A stretch of 64,000 nt of DNA, from the sequence record MH494197.1, one strand, 5' to 3'. Positions 1 through 11,709 of the stretch are shown here, in pieces. A program made the position numbers and the translations under genes. Position 1 is the stretch's first letter, and every line of letters starts with the position of its first letter. Below the pieces are notes generated by a model that was not told the origin of the DNA, ran no database searches, and saw nothing but the letters and a program-made list of their open reading frames with translations.

Positions 1-194
1 CAAAATCATTTACACCATGCACATTCAATACACCGTCGATGAAATAGATTCGGTCAATGGTGAGTTCACGTTTATAATCCGAATCATCATACCAGCACAG
101 AACACGAATACCTTTATACTTTGTAGTTAGCTCTTTTCTAATGTAACTAAGTACTCGATATAACTTTTGAATAGCTCTAAGTCCTGCTCAAACA

Positions 195-455
195 TCATTG
201 TTCCTCGTATAATTCCATGTCATCAACTCCAACTTGGCGAATTGCAGTACTTCTTTTAAATGTACCTTTTTCATATAAACATACAGTTAAACGTATTTCA
301 CACTTCAATGCACTGTAATAAATCATATCAATAACACCATATGTTTCATACATTTCTAAGTATACATTTCGTCCTAAGTACTTTTCTTCTAAATCAGTAA
401 TTAGACTATTGATAAGATTACCTATCTGTGTTATATCTGTGTGAAATTTATCCAT
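195..455 (-). CDS. hypothetical protein
   Basis: 86-aa ORF in the dominant coding orientation; no recognisable motif. Confidence 0.5.
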   Translation of the reverse strand: MDKFHTDITQIGNLINSLITDLEEKYLGRNVYLEMYETYGVIDMIYYSALKCEIRLTVCLYEKGTFKRSTAIRQVGVDDMELYEEQ

Positions 456-643
456 TACAATAATCCTCTCACATAAAACATTGATGAAAATAGATAATCT
501 TCAGTACTGGAATTTAGTAGTTTATCAAAACTATAATTTTTATGCTTATTTTCATACAAAGACATTCTATAGTATCGTTCTATATTTTCTAAGTAGTCTT
601 TTCGTAATAACATCTGTGTTGTTACATTCACTATAATGTACCT

Positions 644-676
644 TAAAAGAAAAAGGGACCAATATATGATCCCTTT
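644..676 (-). terminator. Rho-independent terminator downstream of pseT
   Basis: minus strand GGGATC-ATATATT-GGTCCC followed by TTTTTCTTTT. Confidence 0.75.
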
Positions 677-679
677 GTA

Positions 680-1606
680 TTAGAAATTTCCTTCAGCCAC
701 TTGGAAAACTTTCAACCCAAGTAGCTTACGCCACATGAACACAACTTGATTGCGGTCATCATATACCTTTTAACATCGTAATGATCAACCACATTTTTCA
801 TGTACAGGTCGAATTTGACAACATCATCAGGACGTTTATCATCAATGTCTCGCATAAACAATGCATCGTAAGGAATACCCCAATTCTTAAGCCACTGTTC
901 GGTATCAGCACGACACCCTTCAGTACGCCCACTCATGACGATAATCTTGCGTTTATGAAAACTGCTTCTGCGATAATAGACAAAATAACTTCTTCGTCTG
1001 GTGTATCCGAGTACAGTACTTTCATCGAACGGGTTACGTCCCCATTTATGAGCAAGAGTACCGTCGATATCAACGATAATAGCAGCTTCTCGTGAATTAC
1101 CATAGTAACCAATGTGTAATGCCTTACTATAATAGTACGTATCTGCCATAGTGTCAATGATATTATCTTGTACTGAACGCTCACGCTGGAGGTTATATTT
1201 CTTACAAAGTTTTACGAACTCTTTAATCTTAAAGAATTCATGAACATCTGCACCACGGTCTTCATTAGGTACAAAATCATCATAGAAGTTCTTTTCTTTG
1301 TAATCATAACCATTATCTATAGCCCATACTTTCCATAGATTACGGAAATGTTGTTTAAGGTTTGTATCGGATATGATGATGTTCCAACCATTCTCTGCTG
1401 CTGAATTTGCTGCACTGAACTGTAAATTAGTTACGTACTGCTCATTAGCATCGTTGAATTTGTAAGCATCATGTGACCCAGCCATAGATTCACGAATATC
1501 ATCACGGTTGATGTTGATAGTCTTGGATTTGGCTTTTTAATCTCTTGCACTGCCCATGTAGTTTTACCACACCGTGCAATCCAACTGTTAGTGTGATAGT
1601 TGGCAT
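680..1606 (-). CDS. pseT: polynucleotide 5'-kinase/3'-phosphatase (T4 PseT-like), broken by apparent sequencing frameshifts
   Basis: N-terminal MPTITLTVG..G(C)GKTTW P-loop and NRDDIR in alternate frames upstream of track ORF 712..1485; HAD motif IIVDIDGTLAH, MSGR, FMRDIDDKRPDDVVK; C-terminus DDRNQVVFMWRKLLGLKVFQVAEGNF* in another frame. Confidence 0.92.
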
Positions 1607-1635
1607 CCTTTAATCCTCTAAAAATTTAACATGCT

Positions 1636-2055
1636 CTATATTATGATAGGTGAGCCATTCCTGTGGTGTTCCTTGCGTATTAAAACACCAATATACGCAA
1701 TACCATTAATTAGACCATTACTATCAGTATTCACATCAACTTTCACAATCTCGGAATCGTACCAGTGTTTGAATGTGTAATCCCAACATCTGACTTTCTT
1801 TCCAATAAGATTGCTCTTGTATTTGTCAATCATTTCATCGACGATAGTTTGTACTGAATTTTTAATTTCATCTTCTACTGACTTTATATATAGTAAATTA
1901 CTTTGTGCATTGTTTATCATTGTATTTCCCAATCCCAAATCGCTTGAGATTTTCACAAGTACAGATTCATCACAACGAATACTAGCAGTATCATTGGATG
2001 AACTGTACTTTAATGGGTCCACTGTAATTGAGATTCTTCTAGGAACTTGATACAT
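1636..2055 (-). CDS. hypothetical protein
   Basis: 139-aa ORF, no motif. Confidence 0.5.
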   Translation of the reverse strand: MYQVPRRISITVDPLKYSSSNDTASIRCDESVLVKISSDLGLGNTMINNAQSNLLYIKSVEDEIKNSVQTIVDEMIDKYKSNLIGKKVRCWDYTFKHWYDSEIVKVDVNTDSNGLINGIAYIGVLIRKEHHRNGSPIII

Positions 2056-2414
2056 CTGAAATAATCTTTCAAGGAAAGAAATTTAACTACTGACATATCC
2101 TGAACAATACTATGCTGAACTTCAACTTTCATATGAACTCCTTATAGTGGGTCGAATTTATTTTCACGTTTTGATGTATAGCGAGTTACATCATGTATTC
2201 TCGGCTTAACACCTTTTGGTTTCCTTTTCTTCTTGTATTCAGTACTACTACACCCGAAAGTATTCTCGATTCGTTTCTTACTAATCTTCACACCTTTCTT
2301 AGAGCGTTTGTGCTGTAATTCATCGATTTCTTCTTGTATTTTCCTGAATTCTGTCGGAGAAAGGGAACCGTCATTTTATACTTAGGTTTAGCCATCACTT
2401 CTCCTTGTGCTAGG

Positions 2415-3566
2415 CTAGATAGTACTAAAATCCTTTAGTACAATTTTCATGTACTTAATAAGAGTCTCTTTGTAATCGACTTTCTTATTGTTGTACATTG
2501 CAAAGGCCAAGCCCTGACGATTCAGTTCATTAGTTAAACACTCCTGAACCTTCTTAGCGAATTCCTTTCGCTCCAAGTGCTTGTGTTCCTTGACGAAGCT
2601 TTCAACTTCATCTTGTAAAGCATTATAGCACGAAAAGACTAGTTGTTCCATTCTTAATATCTTTTGGGTAGCATATTCGTCAGTACTGAACAACTGTTTT
2701 AAATCATCACTCGAACCATTTAATACAGCTTCATATAAATGGGAATCGATTATAATACTGTCTTTCGTTAAATGCAAAGAACAATACCAGTCGGTTTTGA
2801 TTTTGCACATTGTACCATTATTTAGGATGCACACAAAACCTTCAATGTCAAGCATTTTCTTAACTTCTTCAACACTTTCTTTGAATGTAGCACGAACAGG
2901 GAAAGTGTAATGAATATCTTTACCTGTCATGTTAGTACTGTACTGTGCAAGGCATGGGAACTTATTACGTAATGCAGAACCACATAATAGTTCACCACTC
3001 TTGCGATGGCGAACGTTTAGTACAAATATTTGTTCAACCCGGTATGGTAATACAATACGGTACTCTGGACTTGTATACTCCAGATTAACAGTATAGCCCA
3101 AACGGTCTGCTTCGTCAATGTATTGATACAAATTTTGGTTCTCATTGAGAAGACGAGTACTGTTAATCGCATGGTCTGAATACAATGCAGTATGTGATTT
3201 ACAACGAATTACACCATCATTATCACGGTAAGTACTGATTACTGAACCATCCAACTTAGGCATCACTACTGCAATGTCATCGAATGTGGTATCAGCAGGG
3301 AACATTGTAGTAGGATTTTCGTAAGCATTGAAGAACTTTTTCATAGTACGAGCAGCACAACGAATCATATCACCGTCTTCATCAATTTCCCACATAGAAC
3401 CACGGGTTTCTAATGCATTGGGTTGCATGAAATCGGTATATGATGCTAGACGATAACTGAATACACGATATGTTCCACCAGCAGGACTTTTATGATCCAC
3501 ATAAAAGAAAGCCTCACGAGTATTACATAAGTGCATTAAATCTTCATATATTTGTAAAAGGGTCAT
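2415..3566 (-). CDS. rnlA: RNA ligase 1 (T4 Rnl1/gp63-like)
   Basis: intact 383-aa ORF; nucleotidyltransferase motif I KLDGS, motif IV EGFV, motif V KIKTDWY; T4-like N-terminus (FSYRLASYTDF, KFFN). Confidence 0.95.
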   Translation of the reverse strand: MTLLQIYEDLMHLCNTREAFFYVDHKSPAGGTYRVFSYRLASYTDFMQPNALETRGSMWEIDEDGDMIRCAARTMKKFFNAYENPTTMFPADTTFDDIAVVMPKLDGSVISTYRDNDGVIRCKSHTALYSDHAINSTRLLNENQNLYQYIDEADRLGYTVNLEYTSPEYRIVLPYRVEQIFVLNVRHRKSGELLCGSALRNKFPCLAQYSTNMTGKDIHYTFPVRATFKESVEEVKKMLDIEGFVCILNNGTMCKIKTDWYCSLHLTKDSIIIDSHLYEAVLNGSSDDLKQLFSTDEYATQKILRMEQLVFSCYNALQDEVESFVKEHKHLERKEFAKKVQECLTNELNRQGLAFAMYNNKKVDYKETLIKYMKIVLKDFSTI

Positions 3567-3826
3567 TTTATTACCTCTATATCTACATCTGTGCCATAGT
3601 AGGAAACGTAACCATTATCTGAATTACATTGAATTGATAACTCTGATTCATAGTATGTTACTTTGATCACTGTTAGAACTTTTTCATCAATTTTTCCCGT
3701 TAAATAATCCATTTCACGAACACGAACTTTGGTTCCTTTTGGGAGTTCTTGTGCAATTTTATTAACAAGTTCAAAAGCAGCTTCTTCAAGTGTGTGCAAC
3801 AATTGCAATCTATCTTGGATATTCAT
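3563..3826 (-). CDS. hypothetical protein
   Basis: likely start MNIQDRL at 3826; stop overlaps rnlA start. Confidence 0.55.
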   Translation of the reverse strand: MNIQDRLQLLHTLEEAAFELVNKIAQELPKGTKVRVREMDYLTGKIDEKVLTVIKVTYYESELSIQCNSDNGYVSYYGTDVDIEVIK

Positions 3827-3827
3827 G

Positions 3828-4274
3828 TTATTTCCACCAAGTTGTATCACGACCACCAGACAAAGATTCATTGTACTGATGCCTGAAATTAGTATTTGGA
3901 TTATTTGTCATTGTACTAATAAAATCAAATTTAACATTCTCTTGAATGTAATTAATAACATTATCTTTAAATTTAATAGTACTGAAATCTAAATCCAAAT
4001 GTTCATACAATACCGGATGACAAAACTCATGTGTACGCAACGATGGCATGGTATCCTTAATGTATTGCACAGTGTTAATCATTGCATTGTATTCAGGCAT
4101 AGCACGCATCATCATTAGCTGAAAGTGTTCTTCCTCTGACATTGACTCATCCAAATCAATAACGACTTCATCATTTTTAGAGTCATATACTTTAATGGAA
4201 CTCTTGGTTGGATCAAGCATAGCCCACTCTGGATACAGGCATGTTTTCCAAAAAGGATTATTGCACTGAAACAT
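3828..4274 (-). CDS. family A hypothetical protein
   Basis: motif SEEEHFQLM. Confidence 0.6.
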   Translation of the reverse strand: MFQCNNPFWKTCLYPEWAMLDPTKSSIKVYDSKNDEVVIDLDESMSEEEHFQLMMMRAMPEYNAMINTVQYIKDTMPSLRTHEFCHPVLYEHLDLDFSTIKFKDNVINYIQENVKFDFISTMTNNPNTNFRHQYNESLSGGRDTTWWK

Positions 4275-4518
4275 ACTAATTAGATTTTGATTTTTATCAA
4301 AATAGCAAACCCAAGATCCGAACTTGGCTGTACTTCACATACACAAATATCATAAGGAGTCTTCAGTACTGAATGAACCAACTACATTTGATATATGTGA
4401 ATATGGAGTTTCTCTTGATTTTAATTCAAAGGCTCTCTCCATACGATTAACCTGTGGTTGTAATGTAATTACACCCCTCAGTACATATAAAATTCTATCT
4501 AAATCTTTAATCAAAATT

Positions 4519-4854
4519 CTATCCTCTTAGTTTAATAGTACTGGCTGGGTAATCTACCATAGTACTATCTGGTAATCCTATACAGTAATAAGGAAAATAT
4601 CCCATCATATTAATACCAATTAACATTCCTGTTTTATATGAAGTATTAATTTCATAGTGGTCGTCTATATCAACCGCCAGTCCATATAAGGATATGTTAC
4701 AATCCTTGATGTATCGTTCAAAGATTTTATACATTGATGGGTATACAGTTCCATTGGATTCTCTCACTACATCAGCCAACAACTTTATAGTACTGTTAAT
4801 CAAATCTATACTAATCATCTTTGTACTGAAAAGACCAGCAAACGCTGGCCTCAA
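4519..4854 (-). CDS. hypothetical protein
   Basis: 111-aa ORF in tight operon spacing. Confidence 0.5.
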   Translation of the reverse strand: MRPAFAGLFSTKMISIDLINSTIKLLADVVRESNGTVYPSMYKIFERYIKDCNISLYGLAVDIDDHYEINTSYKTGMLIGINMMGYFPYYCIGLPDSTMVDYPASTIKLRG

Positions 4855-4857
4855 AAT

Positions 4858-5139
4858 TTAAATTATTTCATATAGACAATATACACCATCAACGCCATCA
4901 CAAGGAAAATCAACATAGAAATTCACACTAACAGTATCATAATCAATCTCAGTGATGCGTCCGGTTTTACCTACACTCTTCACGAATAGGTCAGAGCCAA
5001 GATATACAAACTCAAACTCATCTGCATACTCTTTTATAATATCAGCAAAATCACAACCATATCTGGGATCAGTATTAATAATCTCAAGATATAATGTAAT
5101 GTATTGTTCGTATGACCATGTGTGTAGGTAAAAATCCAT
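4858..5139 (-). CDS. hypothetical protein
   Basis: 93-aa ORF with AGGAA RBS. Confidence 0.55.
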   Translation of the reverse strand: MDFYLHTWSYEQYITLYLEIINTDPRYGCDFADIIKEYADEFEFVYLGSDLFVKSVGKTGRITEIDYDTVSVNFYVDFPCDGVDGVYCLYEII

Positions 5140-5148
5140 AACAGTTCC

Positions 5149-5886
5149 TTAGAAATATACCATACCCATCAATTCTGAATCTTCAGGGCGAGTATAGCCT
5201 TGTTTCTTAACTTTAAAGTAGAAGGATTCATTGTCTTCTAAATTATAACGTTTCTTCAAGCAACGGGTATATGTCTGGCAATTAGGATGAACCCATTCAT
5301 ATATATGAACACCATCTTCATTATAACCATTTATACTACAACGGTTGCCTTCATGTTTCTTGTAGTTCTTGCTTTTCTCGGTAAATTCTTTTACAGCAGT
5401 AGTACTTGGTGATTTATATTCAAAAGGAACTTCAGTCATACGGAAATAATAATATTGATCGTCTTCATCATATCCCAAGAGCACTGTGTTAGTTTCACGT
5501 ACATTGTAATGATTCTTACTTTTCAATTCATTTTCATATATATCTTGAAGTACTTCTTCAAATACTGTAGTACTGTCAGCATTTGGGTTGGATACACCTG
5601 ATACTCTTCGTTCAATAATAAAATCAGTATATTTGCGGTCTTCTGCAATGTCTTCATTCATATAAAGACTAACGAACTTATCCTTGTACGTCTTTACACT
5701 GTATTGTTTACTTTGAACTTCGCTATATACATCTGCTAACATATTCTCCTGACCGCACTGCACACCACTTACAGAATAAGCACATGCATGTTCAGCCATT
5801 ACTGATGTTAACATTTGAAAATTTGCCATGTTTAATTCATTCGCCATCTCTGTAGCGAAACGGATACGGTCAAGCACTTTACACAC
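5149..5886 (-). CDS. hypothetical protein
   Basis: 245-aa ORF with AAGGAG RBS. Confidence 0.65.
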   Translation of the reverse strand: MCKVLDRIRFATEMANELNMANFQMLTSVMAEHACAYSVSGVQCGQENMLADVYSEVQSKQYSVKTYKDKFVSLYMNEDIAEDRKYTDFIIERRVSGVSNPNADSTTVFEEVLQDIYENELKSKNHYNVRETNTVLLGYDEDDQYYYFRMTEVPFEYKSPSTTAVKEFTEKSKNYKKHEGNRCSINGYNEDGVHIYEWVHPNCQTYTRCLKKRYNLEDNESFYFKVKKQGYTRPEDSELMGMVYF

Positions 5887-6919
5887 TCCTTGTGTTAGTT
5901 ATTGTTCCTCATCCAATATTATATCACTACTTGAGCTATTGTCCCGCTTTGTAACAATAAAGATTCTCAAATTTAAAGTTTTCTATATCACATTCCGAAC
6001 GAACTCGATTCTTGTTCCAGAACAAAATGCGAATCCTTTCATAGTCACGATAAACATTAATAATACTTTTGTGTTTAGATTTGTAGTACTGCTGTATAAC
6101 CTGAAGAGTTATATCCCTCAACTTGGACTTAATTGGGTAAGACATATCATTACTAGTTGTTATGGTATAAACCATCTTCATCGTTTCAGCAACAAGTACT
6201 TCATTCGATTTATTTGCCATTAAAATCCTTACAAACACTATGTAAAGTAAATCCTAAACCTACACCTACGAATGGGAATAGTAAATTAATGTACCAGACA
6301 TTCATTGTCGAAAGGAAACAAATCCCACTTACTGTCAGTACTGCTAGTGAGAAAAGACTCCAGATAAAAATAATGCTCTCATAAAAATGTTACCTCGTTA
6401 GATGAGTAGTTACGATATATTTGTGAATTATGTTCCACACCATGAATTGTTATATGCCCGTTGTAGAAAAAAGTAATATCTACAACTTTGAGTTCTTTAC
6501 GTTTTTAGTACTGAAATATCTACCCACTAACGCAGCATATATATAATCCCTGTACTCTTGAGTAATGAATTTATACATATTATGATTTGCACTACACTTT
6601 TCATCATAAGTATTAGTATATTCTTTCATCAATAACGCATATGTTTTTGTATCAATATAATATTCATCTATAGTTTAATATTGAAATGGGTAGACTATAT
6701 ATATGTACGTAAAGTTTATCAACTCTTTCCATATTCACTTTTAAAGTACTTCCAAGACGACTGATGCTATCTATACGATAAAGCACGTCATTCAGCATCA
6801 TTACGGTATCGGTGTAATCTTCACTAAGAGATTCAATGTAGATATCTTCAAGTTTCACATCCATGCGTGGGATATCTAAATCCCTCAATAAACGCAGTGT
6901 TTGCACGATCAGTTCAGCT

Positions 6920-7120
6920 TTAGTCATGGATACGCTCACAATTAAGGCAATAAATGCACTCAATGTCAGGTCGCCATGATTTATCGAAATCTTTGTGCTG
7001 TTCTTCAGTGTATTCCGAATCATCATTGATGGGAAAGAAATCACCAGCACCAGTGGCCCAGTCTGAATCTAAACGGAAACGAGCTAATTGAGTACTGTTG
7101 CAATATGGACATTTATTCAA
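6920..7120 (-). CDS. small zinc-ribbon protein
   Basis: CPYC near the N-terminus and CLNC near the C-terminus; AAGGA RBS. Confidence 0.6.
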   Translation of the reverse strand: MNKCPYCNSTQLARFRLDSDWATGAGDFFPINDDSEYTEEQHKDFDKSWRPDIECIYCLNCERIHD

Positions 7121-7982
7121 AATTTATTCCTTCTAACTGATATACGTTTAATGAAAATGACCCACTATTATTATCGCATCTGAAACACAGTGTTAAAGAA
7201 CCATTAAAACTAACAACATCAGTACATATACATTTTTCACCATTGGATATGATAGATTTTCCTATATATAAATCTCTTACTATAGTACGGTAATGTTGCC
7301 ATAAAAATAATACACACTTTCATAGTACTCATCTTTTACATATGACAAGTATAAGAATTTATAAAATACTTGTATTTCCTTTAAGTTGTTTTTCATTCTC
7401 CAACTCCAGTAAATTTACACCAATCCAATCAACATCACTATCAGTACTTAATTCCAATCGTAGCTTACCGCTATGACTAACAATATCGCGGAATTTGTAT
7501 ATTTTATTATCACGAACTATACACAAATCATGGTAATATTCATGTAATTCATCCAAAACTTTATCCATACCGAACGATAGATTTCACCGTAGAGATATTC
7601 TCCAGCATCAACCGTAGCGTATTGGATATACAAAAATTTGTATGTGAATTGTATATCATTAAGATTCATATGTCAATCCTTATAGGTCTGTCAACTTCAA
7701 AACTTTGATCTCCATAAATTCCTATCAGTTTTTCAAGAAATTCAACATGGATAATACCTTGATAAGATTTGACACCTGAGTATTCGAATATATCATCGCC
7801 ATCAGTGTAAGTACTGTAATTCTTTTTATATATTCAGCAATAGAATCTAAGTAATCATAGTAATTATTAATAAATGGTGATTCTTTTGATTCGACATGTT
7901 CACCAATCTTCCCACTAAAAGATACATGTCATACAAACCATATATATTTTATACGTGAATTGAACATCATTCAAATTTAATT

Positions 7983-8243
7983 TCAAGGGAATATCTCCAG
8001 AGGAACACTCGTAAATCCAAAATCAGTGTAGAACTGTACCTCTACTTTACCATCGAGCTTAATGATTATATCTGAAAATTCTGCATGATCGTTGTTGATC
8101 ATTACAGTACTGAATTTTTCTTTAATCCTCTCACGCACAATATTAATCATTTCAATACATGTATCTTCTAAAAATATACTATTATTTTTATTTGCTAGGT
8201 CACGAATGCACTTGAATGTTAATTGGAAATCTTTATAATTCAT
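7983..8243 (-). CDS. hypothetical protein (MNYK..Q(F/L)T mini-family)
   Basis: N-terminus resembles that of 8322..8507. Confidence 0.5.
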   Translation of the reverse strand: MNYKDFQLTFKCIRDLANKNNSIFLEDTCIEMINIVRERIKEKFSTVMINNDHAEFSDIIIKLDGKVEVQFYTDFGFTSVPLEIFP

Positions 8244-8321
8244 ATATTCACCAAATCAACAGAGAATAAGTCGTTATCAAATTTATATGAAAGTACTAAT
8301 CTACCACCAAAACTATCGACT

Positions 8322-8507
8322 CTAAGTATCTTTCGTTTTTCCATTAATGAAAATTTCAGTATCAACAAAATACTCACGTAATTCTTCTAGGTAATTTGAC
8401 CATAATTTATGAGTAAACGCATTTTTATTAATTGTATTAGTACTTCTATTATTGTGGTGTAATTTAAATAATTCCATATAAGTGAATTGTATATGTTTGT
8501 AATTCAT
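8322..8507 (-). CDS. hypothetical protein (MNYK..Q(F/L)T mini-family), probably frameshifted
   Basis: MNYKHIQFTY start. Confidence 0.45.
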   Translation of the reverse strand: MNYKHIQFTYMELFKLHHNNRSTNTINKNAFTHKLWSNYLEELREYFVDTEIFINGKTKDT

Positions 8508-8516
8508 ATTTCTTAC

Positions 8517-8541
8517 AAAAAGCCCGAACTTATGTCGGGCT
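8517..8541 (-). terminator. Rho-independent terminator
   Basis: minus strand AGCCCGA-CATAAGT-TCGGGCT followed by TTTT. Confidence 0.75.
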
Positions 8542-9401
8542 ATATGTATTATTCATCGTCATCATCGTCGTCGAGATCAGGTAAATGTCACTATCACCAT
8601 CATCGAAGTACTCAACCACTACACGGAATGTTCAGTGCTGTGAACATCGCATCATATTTTTCATCAGATGGGATAAGAACAAACTCATCAATGCTTTGAA
8701 TTTCAGGCATACGATCTTCAGGAATACCCATTTGCAACAAGGATTGGATGATTTTTCTTTGTATTCTTGGAACTTCTCTTCTGATTCAAAATCCATAATA
8801 AGTTGTGCTACATAACCATCTTCGTTACCAAATGCGATTGACATTTGTGCATCAGTACCGACATATGACCATGTACGCTTGCCAGTATTTTTCTCAATGA
8901 AGTTCTGAATTTCAAGAACGATTTCATGACGAGAACTATTGGCAATGTTGTTAAGGTTAGCAACACCAGCAATAATTTCTGAACTGTCATTGATTCTTCG
9001 AATGTGCCATAGTCACCTAATACATATTGAACACCATCACAATGTAATGCATATGCATAATCCAAATCAGCAAGTGAATCACACTTACCACGGATTGGGC
9101 GTAGGGAAAGCCCTAGGCGAAGATAACGAAAGTATGTATTAGTATTTGTATTTGTCAACGTAATGCTCCTTAACAATATAAAAGTAGTTGCTGTTGTTGT
9201 CAAAAAGATGACTAATCCTTTGTAGACATTTACACCAATCTTGATTTGGCATATTTTATTCGATTTACAAGCCTCAGTCAATAACATTTTGTGCTCTTTA
9301 CTGAAAGTGTGGAAGAGTGGTTTTACATGCCACATCTCCACACCATCTAGTACTGGAAATGTTCACTGAATTTGATCATTGATTCTTGCAAAAATAACCT
9401 G

Positions 9402-9707
9402 TTAGATTCGAATCATCAGACATGTAAGTTCGCCGAAGTCAATTACTTCGTCATGTGTTAACTTATCACTACGCTCTAGAACATTGATGATGAATGGTGT
9501 TTGACTATATAATTCAGCCAGAAACGCAACTTCATCAGATGTATAAGAATATCCCATAGGAACAACTTGTGCAGTCCAGTTTCCTAAAGTTTTGTTTGCA
9601 ATGATTGCAACCACCGTATTACCTTTGAATTCAACATGGATTGAACGGAAACCCGAATCCTCATTCTGATCCCAAAGTACTGGGTTAGTTTTAAACAGTA
9701 CTGACAT
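9402..9707 (-). CDS. hypothetical protein
   Basis: 101-aa ORF with GAGG RBS. Confidence 0.55.
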   Translation of the reverse strand: MSVLFKTNPVLWDQNEDSGFRSIHVEFKGNTVVAIIANKTLGNWTAQVVPMGYSYTSDEVAFLAELYSQTPFIINVLERSDKLTHDEVIDFGELTCLMIRI

Positions 9708-9709
9708 AG

Positions 9710-10238
9710 TTATTTCCTCATGTATTTTATTACATCTTCAAATAGTTTAGTTTTCAGTGCATCATCATTACGTAGAAAAGTACTGAAGCTATTAAAATCT
9801 TCATTCTTGGCAAACTCACGCATCTGTGTGGAACTGTAGCGACTTACATTTCGGTCAATTCCAGCTTGAACTGCCTTGATTGAACAAAAATTATATAACT
9901 TCCCATTGTACGTGTCAAGCGTTTTTGGAATGGTTCAAGTCTGTCTGAACCACATATGAAAAGAACATCTAAGTACTTTCCATCCAGTTCTCTCATTATA
10001 TCAAACAGATTATCTTCTGTATAGATATTTTCTTGTACAGATGGGTAAAATCCTTCTGTATAGTACATTTTCAGTTCAGGAGGTAATGGGTTTTGATGGC
10101 ATCAGTACTGGTACTAAGGAATATTTTCAAATCAGCATTGTACTGTTCTTGTAGTGCTTGAGCTTTTTCAAACACTAAACCATGACCTCGATGTACAGGG
10201 TTAATTCTTCCGAATGTCACTACGCATGTTTCTTTCAT
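9710..10238 (-). CDS. HIGH-superfamily nucleotidyltransferase (phage 'cytidyltransferase-like'), frameshifted in the assembly
   Basis: manual translation across two apparent frameshifts: MKETCVVTFGRINPVHRGH ... ICGSDR ... YSSTQMREFA; track ORF 9844..10068 is the middle piece. Confidence 0.8.
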
Positions 10239-10760
10239 ATGTTCTTCATCACCTGACCAATAGATTTAAGATGGTTGATTTTAGCTGGAGTCAAATACTT
10301 ATCCAGTACTATTAAACAACTAGGGAATGGAGCACTGTCAGTCTTTTATCTGGTTCTTCAGGGATACCGAACTTTAAGCGACCTTTTATAAAACAAATAC
10401 AATCACAAACTTTCGCAGCATAATCCTGAAAGGCTATAGTATCAGTTCTTGATGGTACGAGAATCAGTACTGTAGCACCTTTGTTATATGCATCAACTGC
10501 CTTAGATAACCACGTTTTCAAATCACTGTACGGTGGGTTGAGCCACACGATATTGTTTCCCAGTCCTGTTCAAGTGAATTGTCTTCTGGTGTAAAGAACT
10601 TATCACACAATGCAGTTTCTTTGACACACGCTGCATCTAGTGTAAATTCCCAGAGTTCATCCAAATCTTCAAAGAAATCCTTTGGAGTAGTCCAGTTATC
10701 TTTTCCAGTACTGAAATGTACTGATTGTTTTTCTTCGAAGCATCCTTCTTCGACATACAT
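10235..10760 (-). CDS. dam: phage DNA N6-adenine methyltransferase (PF05869 Dam-type), frameshifted in the assembly
   Basis: W.TPKDFF, FTLDAAC, WLNPPYS (motif IV), LVPSRTDT, FIKGRLKF across track ORFs 10518..10760 and 10312..10548; TGA stop overlaps the next ATG (ATGA). Confidence 0.88.
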
Positions 10761-10772
10761 AATTTCCTTTGA

Positions 10773-11174
10773 TTATAGACAGTTAAGTACTATGTCATCA
10801 AAAGTACTACTGTCAATGTTGTATTCATATAAAAATTTAAAATGTGATCCATAACGCATCATCAGATTAAACTCTTCTTCAGTATTAAATTTGTAATCAT
10901 GAAGAGTTTCAAGGGTACATGTTAAACCTAAAAACTCAATAATTTCTGATGTTACATCATTTCCTGAATTGAAGTATTTAACCCAAACACATTTTCCTTG
11001 TGGGTTGAATTTTCTATATTCTCCTTCTAGTTCTCCATTGACGATATGTGCTTTCGCACTGATTAGATTATTACTATAACGCTCTTCGTAGTAGTTCCCA
11101 TAACGAGCTTTAAGAATTGTAGGCTTCTTGGTTGGGAATAACTTAATGGAAGTTAATTCAAAACCGCACTGCAA
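10773..11174 (-). CDS. hypothetical protein with one MORN-variant-like repeat; true start probably 11311
   Basis: NGELEGEYRKFNPQGK segment; weak family A-like TEEEFNLMM. Confidence 0.45.
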   Translation of the reverse strand: MQCGFELTSIKLFPTKKPTILKARYGNYYEERYSNNLISAKAHIVNGELEGEYRKFNPQGKCVWVKYFNSGNDVTSEIIEFLGLTCTLETLHDYKFNTEEEFNLMMRYGSHFKFLYEYNIDSSTFDDIVLNCL

Positions 11175-11709
11175 CTCTTTGATGTACGAAATACATCCTT
11201 TTCTTTAATCACAACAAAACCAGTAAAATTCTCGGTCTTGTTTCTGATTTTCTGAATCAACAAATTCTAGTGTTTTATAAGTGACGCTTTTAGATTTTTA
11301 ATAAATGACATCATTATTCCTATGGAAACATCAATGACTGTACATGGCGTTGACTTCATCAACACCAGTCGAATTATACACGCTTCGCATGTCTAATTCA
11401 ACGAAAGTACTATGATTTGTTTTAATTAATATTGACGGGTTTGCTTGAGCATATTTCATCCCCAGAAAGAACAAAAAGTTTGACGCTGGTGGCCTTCACA
11501 TAGTTCATATCACGAATTCTCTTACGAGGCGAAAGCGGGTTGCTCTGTTTCTCTCTATCGCGGTTCTTGTAGCAACGGTCGTCGGTCTTAAACATCCCGA
11601 CACATAATACAAATACCATATGACCAGTACTTGTATTTGATTTCACGAATTTTGGACGCAACTATTTTGTATAAATTACGACCGCAAATTTCTCATGAAA
11701 TCTCCTTAG

